From positions 94,116,001 through 94,180,000 of the forward strand of contig NC_042999.1 in NCBI RefSeq assembly GCF_006345805.1: a DNA stretch of 64,000 bases. The letters run 5' to 3'. Position numbers and translations under genes: made by a program. A model generated the notes under the pieces. The model was not told where the DNA came from and searched no databases. It saw nothing but the letters and a program-made list of their open reading frames with translations. The DNA is from Octopus sinensis (Eukaryota). Below are positions 52,936-64,000 of this stretch, piece after piece (positions within the stretch are counted from its first letter, which is position 1; each line of letters begins with the position of its first letter).

Positions 52936-54129
52936 ACTTTTGTGAACCAATGAGATCATTAATAGAATTTCTGAAGGACCCTCAAGGTACTTATATACTT
53001 ATAAATGCAATTTGCACAATGCAGAGAGAATGAATGCGAATAAACCTTATCCAAATTAATAATCATAATTTCCCTTAAGGTATGGATGGATTAAATTTAG
53101 CTCTAGCCGCACCATTCTTATAAACACAAGGTAGATATTTAATTCGCTGTGTGAGCGTATGTGCACCAAGACATGTATATACGTAAGTTTATATCTTCGT
53201 GGATGTTTGTAAGAGCGAGTGTACGTGCTCCATACAACATAACTGTAGGCATTTATACATCCATATCATTTAACCGTTATATTTAATACATTTTTCGCTG
53301 TATTGTATGTTCGTTTCTTTTAGCATCTGTTATTTATTATTGGTCTTCTATAAACATGAAGCCGTATCCCTTAAATTGCTGCTTTTCTATACGGAAACGA
53401 GAAGATATTTTACGGAGCTGGTTATTTTAAAGAGATACATCTTGTAATCACCTGAAGGAGCACGTCTACATCAACAGATAAGCCTAAATGAGTTGTTAAG
53501 TATATCACCCGTGGGGGATCGATGACACATTGGTCGAATTAATTTGAGTGATTACTAAACATACTTGTATATTCCATCTTCCATCTCCCTCATTAATCAT
53601 ATATATATATATATATATGCAGGCATAAATACAGCATGCAAACACTTACAATTTGTTGCTCAGACCAGCATTACTCTAGTTTCGCACACATAGGCAAGGT
53701 ATGGCTGTTCATATGAGACGTTATTAGATGTCAACGCAACAATGATCTCTTACGGACGACTACTTTTCATCAATTTATGTATATATAAACTTATATTGCA
53801 TATATTATCTAGTCCTGATCATATTGTCGATATTCTCAATAAATGAAAGAGCCAGCGGCTATTCACTCCCAGTAATTGTGCTCATGCCATTTTCCTAGTT
53901 CCGAGACTTAAAGAAGGGGAAATTTTGTTAAATTAGCTACATCTCTGGAACAGAATAATGGTATATGCTAGGTGATTCTTTTCTTGAAATTTGTGTAGTT
54001 TGAAGGCCACCATAACTTTAAAAAGTAGGGGCCTGTCACTACACTGATGCGTTGGTGTCGGGAGTTGCTGTTTCGGCTTCAGATTCATGTCTGGTAGGGC
54101 ATGTTTTATTCTAAGATGCCCGTCGTGGG

Positions 54130-54174
54130 ATATATATGTATATATATAAATATATGTATGTGTGTAATATACAA

Positions 54175-54207
<33 letters not shown>

Positions 54208-54214
54208 ATATATG

Positions 54215-54292
<78 letters not shown>

Positions 54293-54325
54293 ATTATATA
54301 TATATATATATATATGTATATAAAT
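54130..54325. repeat. Interrupted (TA)n array
   Basis: Read directly. Confidence 0.95.
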
Positions 54326-54509
54326 ATTGATACATAAACGCACACGTCTACACCACCAGCCCTCTTTCACACGCACATATATATTCTCTTATACACAGAC
54401 GCACCTTCGTGTTGGAGGTCATCTTTACTTTGTTATTTCCCCTACTTTCCCTCTTGTGTGTGACCCTTCTGTCCGAGTCGCCATGATAGATCGTTAGCCA
54501 CTACACATA

Positions 54510-54680
54510 TTTTTTTTCTCTCCTTGCTTTTTTTGTGTCCCTTCCTGTAGGAGAGCGTAGGCTCGAAACATAAAATACTTTTTTTCTATTCCTGAGCGTT
54601 ATACTAATACAACTGTTTGTTTTGTATACCACCTGCCTTCGTCTTTTGTTTTTTTCGTAAACTCTCCCTATATATATATA
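54510..54680 (+). repeat. Interspersed repeat (pLTR-like), copy 2 of the 46010 family
   Basis: gagcgtaggctcgaaac hairpin plus GAAAC; homologous to 46010-46180. Confidence 0.75.
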
Positions 54681-54681
54681 G

Positions 54682-57600
54682 ATGACACGCTTGATGCCAT
54701 CTTTGACAACGAACAAAGTAAAGATGGCAAGAATGGAGGCACGGGTGCTGATGAAAGATGTCACCCCCACTTGGTAGACACCCAGGACAACAACCAAGAA
54801 GATAATTCAAGTGAGAAACCTTCCCGGGAAGTAAACCCAAGTGCAAGTGCCCCTACCAGCACCAAAGGCCAAAACCATGGAGATGAAAGAGCCAAAAAGG
54901 AAGTAAAAGGAGGAAAAACTCAAAGAAAAAACAAAGGATGAAACAGCCAAAGAAGGAAAAACTAAAATTCAAACAAAACCAAAAGATGAAACAGCCAAGG
55001 ATAGAAGCAAACCTGACTATCAATGTACCAAAAAGGATAGAAAGAGACAGCGCACACGGATGTGTAAATTCTACCTGAAAGGTGTCTGCTGGCATGGAGA
55101 GGAAGGTGCAGACTGCCATTGTGCACACCAAAAACCCCGCCACATAAACATGAAACAGGGCAGAAACCAACTGCTAAAAGGAAAAGGAATGGACCACGCC
55201 CCACCTGCCCCAAAATGGAGGTACGCAGATGTGGTGCGTGCTACAAACCGCCAACATGTTATTGAAAGGGCGGCTGCTGAACAAGAATCTTTTTTGTGCA
55301 TGGCACAAAAGATTGTACAGCAGCTAACCTGGCTCCATCAAACTCAATCTCGCAGATGGGACTATCTACAATATACAAGAACGCCACAGCAAATAGACCC
55401 ATGGTGGACACCACCGGCAACAGTATACACATCACCTCGATGCTCCTACTGAACATCAGAGGACTGCTAACACTCAGTAACAGGACAAAAATCCCGTTCT
55501 TGAGAGACTTTGTTGCATGCAATCAAGCCTTATGCATAGCACTTACGGAAACACACCTGAAACCGGACATAGCAGATGCGGAAATACACATGCCACAGTA
55601 TGTTGTATTACGGACCGACAGAAAAGAAAGGAGTCATGGAGGAGTTGCTATGTACAGGACCCCACACCACAGGTCCTTTTGTCATACTCAAATTCGGTGT
55701 GTGACACACTAATTGTACATATAAGGCAATTTGGTGTAGTTATATGTGCTACATATCGCCCTCCAGATGCCCAAGCCATGTAGGCACGTTTGAAGCCTGC
55801 CTTATAAAAATAGAAGAAGTTCTAGTCACATTAGAACAACACATAAGTGTACTTGTTATGGGAGACTTCAATCTACCCAATTTCAGATGGCCCGAGAGCC
55901 TTTCTCTCCCAGGAATGACACGATGTGAACGAGGACAGGCGAGGTCCCTCCTGAACCTCATCAACAATCTGTACATGGAGCAAGTAATACTACAACCAAC
56001 CAGGGCAGGTAACATACTGGATCTCTGCTTCACAAATAATATGGATCTCATCCAAAATGTGAAAGTGACACCGACACTACTCTCGGATCACACCATGGTA
56101 GACCTGACCATGTACGGGCCAAAGGAAAGCATGGACATGCAGCCTACAAGAAACACTCAGAATCTTTCCAGTTTGAACTTCCATAAGGGAAACTGGAAAC
56201 AAATTGAGAAAGAGATCCTCAAACAAAATTGGCCTGAATGTCTCTCCTCGCTAGATATCGACATGAAACTTCAACAATTCATGTCTGTAATGCAAGCCAT
56301 ATGCTACAAATGTGTCCCAGAGAGAAAGGCCACTGTACACAAGAACAAAATCCCCAGAGAGAGGAAAATTCTAATGAGACGGCGTACAAAGGTTTCAAAT
56401 CGCCTAAACAAACAAATTGAAAGCAGGGAAAAGTCCCGCCTGAAAATAAAACTGTTGGAAATTGAAAAAACTCTGCAACTCTCCCATGAAAAACAAAGAA
56501 CAGACAAAGAAGCCTGGGCTATAGACAACATAAACTCTAACCCCAGAGCTTTCTACATGTATGCCAAAGAAACAGCTACGGTGCACTGTAGGATAGGGCC
56601 ACTCCTTGAAAAGGATGGCACACTCACAGGAAATCCAATGAGGATAAGTGAAATACTGAAGGAGCAATTCAAGAGTGTTTTCACTCCACCCCTCGGGCAT
56701 TTTCAAGTCAGCAATCCAACTGACTTCTTTCCCACTGCAGATATAAAATCAGAGGCAGCGATGATTGATTACACCAATATAAAGGAAGATGATGTAATAA
56801 AGGCTATAGATGAGATGAAAACAAACTCAGCTACTGGCCCCGATGGATTCCCAGCAATCCTTCTAAAAGTATGTAAGAGAGTCCTAGCAAGACCATTGCA
56901 GTTCCTCTTTTAGAGCTTCTTTGCAACTGGCAAACTTCCAAGAAAACTGAAGGAAGGTAAAATATGCCCTATTCATAAAGGAGGTAGCAGAGCGCAGGCC
57001 AAGAACTACAGACCTATCTCTCTGACTTCACACAGCAAGATCATGGAAGGAATAGTCAGAAGGAAACTAATCACCTTCCTTGAAGAAAATGACTTGCTGC
57101 CTGACACCCAACATGGTTTCCGACCAGGAAGAAGCTGCTTAACTCAGCTCCTCTAACACTATGACTGGGTGCTGAAACGACTGCTCAACCACTAAAATGT
57201 GGAAGTCATATATCTCGACTTTGCAAAGGCCTTTGATAAAGTCGATCATGGAATGATATGTCACAAACTGCGTGATCTTGGCATAGTTGGAAAATTGGGA
57301 GAATGGCTTCATGACTTTCTGAAGGATAGAAGTCAGGTGGTAGTAGCCAATGGGGCCACTTCCATTAACACGCAAATAGTGAGCGGTGTTCCGCAGGGCA
57401 CTGTTTTGGGACCACTACTGTTCATAATGGCCCTCTCAGACATGCCCTCAGCCACGTAGAGAGCCACGAACACAAGTTATGCAGATGATACAAAAGTTTC
57501 ACAGGCAATACAGAGCCTGAACACACTAAGCACCTGCAACGTGAGCTGCACAATATATACAAGTGGGCTGAAAAGAATAGCATGCAGTTCAATGCCGAAA

Positions 57601-58465
57601 AGTTTCAAGCTTTATGCTATCAGCATGCAAAACTAAATGCAATACCAATGAATACACTGGAACTGGAGGGATTGCAATCCCAGAGGCACAATTAGTGCGA
57701 GACCTGGGTATTTACATGAGTGATGATGCAACCTTTCATGTGCATGTTGCTAAATTGGCAATGAAATGTAGGTGGCTGACCGGATGGATTCTTAGATTTT
57801 AGAACAAGAGACCAGGAAACCATGTTGGTCCTCTGGAGGACACTTGTCCTAAGCCACTTTGTTTATTGCTCTCAGCCATGGTCACCATCCAGTGTCAAGT
57901 TAATCACAGAACTTGAGGCGATCCAACGAAGCTACACGAAGAAGATAGCCTCTGTGCAGCATATAAGCTACTGGGAAAGACTCAAGGGACTAAAACTCTA
58001 TTCCTTGGAGCGTAGGTGAGAAAGATATGCCCTAATATACATCTGGAAGATCCTAGAAGGACTTGTCCCAAACTTTGGCATCGAGAGTTACACAAATGCC
58101 AGAACTGGGCGCCACTGCATAGTGCCAAGGACTCCAAATTTGCCATCAAGATGTAGGACGAGATACTGTGATAGCCTGGGCTACCGAGGCCCACAGCTCT
58201 TCAAAATCCTCCCGAAGAACCTAAGAGACCTGCATGGGGTGAATGCAGATGTCTTTAAAATAAAACTGGATCTCTTCTTGTCAGGTGTCCCAGATGAACC
58301 AACTTCACGGCAGGAGGTGCAGATGAGGGCAGCTGCATCGAACACTCTCATGCACCAAATGGCAGTTGCTAAAAAGCATTCGTGAAGTAAAATCATGTAG
58401 CAACACCAAATGGCGGTGCCCCAGCATGGCCTCAGCTTGTGAGCTGAAGCTAGATAAAAAAAAAT
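54682..58465 (+). mobile_element. 5'-truncated CR1-group LINE (element 2), multiple stops and frameshifts
   Basis: ORF1 tail with CCCH (CKFYLKGVCWHGEEGADCHCAH); APE motifs LLLNIRG, LTETHL, YRPP, GDFNLP, LDL, SDH; RT motifs NYRPISLTS, YLDFAKAFDKV, GVPQGTVLGPLLF, YADD at 57478-57489; short poly(A) at 58456-58464. Confidence 0.93.
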
Positions 58466-58879
58466 CAATTTGATATGCCTTCAGAATTCCGGTTTGAACT
58501 GCAGTTGAAGATGTGATTTTGTGATTGCTTTTCTAAAGAAGCTAGAAATTGCTTCCCTTTGAGCCAGTAGGTCTAGATTAAAACAGAAATAAAAAAGCAA
58601 ATGGTTTGACAAAACTTGACAAGGCTATTTAATTTAGCTATATAAAAAATGGTATACATAGTCTCTAACAGCTGTTTCTTGAATATCCCAACCACTTGGA
58701 ACATTGTTTCAAGTGAAGATTCCGTAGGCTGAGTATCAGAGAGGAAGAGGTCAAATAGATGTAACAGTGGAGGAAGGCTACTCGTCAATGATATTATTGT
58801 AGCGCATTTTGTTACAAAAGAGGAGAGAAATCTAATTAAAGATCCAATTAAAATTGCAATTAATTTCAGTTAAAAGTCC

Positions 58880-59095
58880 AATTTCCATTTATCTTTCCAC
58901 TGTTACTCCTACTGTATATTTCAATGGGAAAGCATTAAAAGCGGTATCCTCTTTTAGTTATCTTGATTCCATTGTGTTAAATGATGCTAAGATGAATAAA
59001 GAAATTGAACCCAGAATTGGGAAGGCTAGCTCCAATTTTAGTAAGCTTTATCATAGGTTTTGGAATAGCCACGATGTATCATTGAAGGATTAACT
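58880..59095 (+). mobile_element. RTE-clade LINE fragment
   Basis: LKAVSSFSYLDS...EIEPRIGKASSNFSKL...WNSHDVSLK, homologous to 8350-8520. Confidence 0.75.
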
Positions 59096-60191
59096 GAAGA
59101 GCCTATGCCTACGCCATATTGTCTCCCCTAAACTAGTCAGCAAGAAACAAAGGTCCTGAATACATTGGAATAGCTGATGTTTCACTTGCTAAGGATGGAA
59201 GTTCACTCGGTCCATTTCGTGTTAGAAATCATCGGGATTCGAGCCCAAAATACTTAGCTTCTCATTCGCTGACATGAGCTGAGTTTTGCCACATTTATAC
59301 ACTGACTGTATCAAATTCAAACCATATTTCCTAGCTCTTATCGTCCTTGGAGTTGCATTGATCACGAATAGATTAGGTTTGGACACCTGACTAATGGAAT
59401 GCCGTCGGACTCTGTTTCGCACCATCATTTGTGGAAATTTCACTATGCCTAAATACAACGAACTAGTTGAATGTAAAGGCAAGGGCCTTCGCTAGAAATA
59501 TCTACGCAAAGCCAAAAATCATGCTAATTGATTCTTCAGACATATTTTCTGGATGAGGAAATCATGGAAACATTTCATATATGTTTGACGTGGCAATTTT
59601 AACAATTACTATAATCAAGGATTATCTTTTGGGGTGAAATATCAGGGGTGTGCGCGGATCGTTGTAACTGTACTCACGCATTCGTGCAGTACGTTATCGA
59701 AAAAAGTGTTTGTTAAGCTAGTTAAGCTACCCGTCAACACCTTCGTGAAGTTCATTTCACTGCTATTCCTTTAACGTGAGTAGCGAAGCAGGTCATGTTA
59801 TTCTTCCTAATGGTATGGCCGAAACGGTTCTTTTACCAGTCAAATTTGCAAAGAAATAGAGGATACACTTTAAAATTCGGTCAAGCCCTCATCCGCTTCG
59901 TTAAGTTCCAGCTGTAAAGAGAAGTCGGTGTTGGGAGGAAGTGGTTTTCTCAAATGATTTTATTAAAAAAGTGGATGAGTGAGGTAAAAATGATTACAGA
60001 GGATGGAACTACTCGATGATATTCTGTTTATACTCTAGGTGATGTCGATAGTGATGCACTCCTAAATTATCCCTCTTAGAAGCTCTACTCTGTTAGGAAA
60101 CTGTGTCATACGTATACCTTTTTCGTATACTATATATATATTCGTATTATTTTAACATCCTTTTCATTCTCACCCGAATTTATTTAAAACC

Positions 60192-60247
<56 letters not shown>

Positions 60248-62353
60248 ATATTTGTCTCCGCAACTTCCGTGCCTCATCCTCTACTCCTGTAGCGTATATT
60301 ATTATTATGGTAGATGAACAGAATCGCTGGAAGGACGCAGAAAATGCATTGCATTATTTCGTATGGGCCTTTAGATCTATGTTCGATTTCTGCCGAAGTC
60401 AACTTTGCCTTTTTACTTTCCATGGGTTAATAGTAATCTAAAATGCTAGGCAAATGCTGAGACCAACATTATAGCCTTACCCTCATCCATCAAACTTGTT
60501 GATTCTCGGTCTAAATAAAACAAAATCTTTTATAGCTATGTGTGGCTGTAGAAGTGGTGGCATTATTGTCAGTTGTTGATGTAGTAGTAGTTTCTTTTTG
60601 TATATTTATTCATCTAACTACAAGTATCATGACTTTTCGTCACGCACTCGAAGCCTGTTAATCTTTCTCTGCTAAATTTCTACTAGTTGAAATCTCTTGT
60701 TTTAACTTTATTCTTTTATTCTCGTTGTGATGCATTTTTATCCCAAATGTCTGTATGATTCTAAGGTGTGAGTTTGTAATGATGTATAATGTGTATAATG
60801 TAGTTTATAATACATTTTCCTCTCTGTATTCAACCAATACAATGTGTGTAGAGCTTTGACACACATATTTCAATTATAAGAGTGTTTTTATTTACATAAT
60901 GATTAAAGACAATGGCAAAACTGACTTTGTTACAAAGATAACGGCATGATAAATGACAAACGAAATACAACATATATGAAAGGGAATTTAGAAACTTCAA
61001 AATTGTTTAAGTGAGCAGTAAATATGCCAAGTACGATCAAATGAGATAGTAGCACACAAGATTTTGACATTTTTATCAAATGTATGGTAATAATTCAGAT
61101 TTAAGAGGATAAACTTCATACACATCTTAAAAAAATATAACGGTCGGTTGGTGCCTTCCTTCGCACTCAAATATGAATAAACATTGAAAACAACAATAAA
61201 TTATAAGTCAATAATGAAATCAAATACTCCTGGACGCCCAAGACTTGACTGATAGAAGCACCACCGTTATAGTATATTTACTGCAGAATCTATGAAACTA
61301 CTTTGCTTGTACCATGAGCTTTTAACTCTAACTAGTTTCAAAAGTTAATTAGGGTTAAGAAAATCTCAGAACATATTTTCTCTTTCTGTTAAGATACAGG
61401 ATTTCGGAAATGTCTTCGTTACATACTTTACAACGCTGACTGGCCTTTATCACACAAATTCCCTGCATTGACTATTCCACAATCTAATGAATTATTTAAT
61501 TATATGCATAGATATTCCAACCACTCACATATTTTTCATATATCTTACAGTCTAATATTTCTCATAAGATTTTGCTTAAAAAAAAGATTGTGGCCAATGC
61601 AACGATTATTACAACCAAGACTTGGGCAGAAGACGCTCCAAGAATGAAATACACTCTTGCCCAACAAAAGAATTTAAATGAGGAAAACATCAATATCATT
61701 TACTAATTCCTATTCAATTTAGACTTAAATTCAAAAAAATTTTAAACTGAGAAATCATTTGAACCGCTCCCAGTGGCCTATATCTTCTTATGAGCCCTAG
61801 TATTCTCATGTGCATATATTCATCGTTTTCACATCTTTGATTGATAAAAATTTTACAAAAGAGCGCGTGTTGCGCACACACACGTTCCAAACACACACAT
61901 GTACACAGGCACACACAGAAACACACACAGACGTACAGATACGCACAGATACGCACGCACACAGACACACATCTATATAACTCTTTAGCCTGAATATTTT
62001 GAAAATAGCATCTGAGCAACTACTAGCGAATCTCATACAAGTGATGTTATTCTGAAAATTAATTTCTCGGGGATAATTTACGCGTTTCGTGAAAGATGTT
62101 CTTGGTCGATTATTTCATGCAAAACTTTTGATATATTTACCATTTGTCGTTCACATAGAATACTTTATCAAATTTGAAGGTACTTGATGTGGATTATTAA
62201 ACTTAAATAGATAAATATATATATTTAGGTAGTGTCATTTGAATGATTCAGAAGTAAAATTATCTGAAGTGAACATTTCATATAGACGAATCACGTGGTA
62301 TTTGATATATGTGTGAATGTGTGTGTGTGCACGTGTACGTGCGTATGTGTATG

Positions 62354-62405
<52 letters not shown>

Positions 62406-63779
62406 ATGTGGAAATTTGTTGTGGAAAATACACCTACATTTGAAAAGCTTGTAATTGTTTCAATTTAATTTATTTATAAATGTTTTTTCTAATTCATAAT
62501 TCCAAATGTTTATCATTGATAAACAACATACATTGTTAAAGCTATTTTGCTATTTATGTAAATAAATCTATTTCAAACAATTACACGTTTTCCAGATTTA
62601 GGTGCATTTTGAAGAACAAATTTGCCTATTTTCCCTGCGAAAAATACACTCTTTAACATTGGATATATATGTATATATATATATATAATATATATATATA
62701 TATATAACCAATGTACAACTCGCGAAAATAGTTTCAAGAAATATATAATCCTGGCGGTTACCCTGTTAACTCTTAGATCGGTTCTCAATGCCGTCTAGCC
62801 ACGAATGAATAAATAAATAAAATAAATAATCATCTTTTGTTATAAACAATTAATCATGTATTATAGTATTAGAATAGAAATATTTAGTATCTCTGTAGGA
62901 AAAACAGGATTGTCTAATTTCGTATTTACCCGTGCTATTTAGTATACTAGTTGTAAACATTCATATCAAAAGATAGATTGTCAATTAGTTGTTTCTACCA
63001 TATAACCATGTGTCAAGGTTTGTCAATCAATGGATTTCAAGCTATAACCATCCAGAGTTTTAGAGAAAACTAGCGCTGCATTATCTAGTGCATCTTTCTC
63101 GTATTTAAGAGAGTGAGTTGTGGTTCGGAGGAGTGTTGTTCGCAGCTGCTACATGGGCAATTTAAAATCATTTTGTCATAGAATGGTACATAGATCAATG
63201 GCTATTGTGTCTTTATGTGTTTATTCTGATCAGGAAGACATACATCATTCTTCATGATGCATCGTTCTTTACACCAAAGATTACGCTGTCCAACCTGCCC
63301 ATGTTCAATTTAAATTGTATACTCTGAGTGAATGCTCATTTATAAAAGGCCGAGTGAAAGCATAGGGACTACTTTTAATCTGAAGAAGTAAGAAACTTTA
63401 TGTACCTTAACATGGTATCATTGTGCCATTTACATTGTGTAAGTTATTCAATCAAGAATACAATACTTTACTTTTTTTTAAATGTTAAATTCATAAGCGA
63501 GTATCATTAACAGCTCACACTGTAAGTAAAGAAAATCAATATTCGATAAAATATAAGCAATTTGATATTGTTCTGTCAGTTATAGAGAGGAATGACAATT
63601 TAAGATGAAACATTTAATTACAATTTCTTCTCACCAACCGTAAAATGCTGTCTGCCAAAAATATTCTGGCTAGTATAGTTGAACTTAGCATAAAATATTA
63701 TTTAATCAATAAGAGATGTACAAACAAGCGATCAGAGCCATCTACTAAAATGTGCATTTAGATACATAAAAATATTCTA

Positions 63780-63807
63780 TGACATTGTAAGTATATATAT
63801 ATATATA

Positions 63808-63898
<91 letters not shown>

Positions 63899-63955
63899 AT
63901 ATATATATAATATATATATATATGTATATATATATATGTATATATATATATATTA
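63780..63955. repeat. Interrupted (TA)n array
   Basis: Read directly. Confidence 0.95.
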
Positions 63956-64000
63956 TGCATTCTTCTATACATGTTTCTGCCTTTCTGTTCTATTCTGTGT

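Noticed and set aside
59100-59500. Possible retroelement or gene fragment
   Set aside because: Slightly GC-richer, but no motif could be recognised in any frame

Overview
AT-rich, gene-poor animal genomic DNA. The SINE, LINE and microsatellite families look like those of a coleoid cephalopod, most likely Octopus; this comes from recognising the repeats, not from a search. No host protein-coding exon, rRNA, true tRNA or CRISPR array could be supported, and most short ORFs in the track are microsatellite translations. The window is a mosaic of retroelements: one near full-length CR1-group LINE (17815-22566, -), one 5'-truncated CR1-group LINE of a different family (54682-58465, +), three more CR1 3' fragments, RTE fragments, five R4/Dong-type RLE-LINE pieces (four in or beside two (TAA)n clusters anchored on Penelope-like pLTRs), Penelope-like pieces carrying minimal hammerhead ribozyme motifs, three tRNA-derived SINE families and two mariner relics. 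The best candidate for an undescribed mechanism is a signal shared by the two divergent CR1-group LINEs: an in-frame U_UUU_UU(A/G) slippery heptamer with a hairpin, placed just where the ORF2 (-1) frame opens inside the end of ORF1. This suggests programmed -1 ribosomal frameshifting to make an ORF1-ORF2 fusion. ORF1 of the full-length element also has an unusual Myb/SANT-like plus 2x CCCH architecture.
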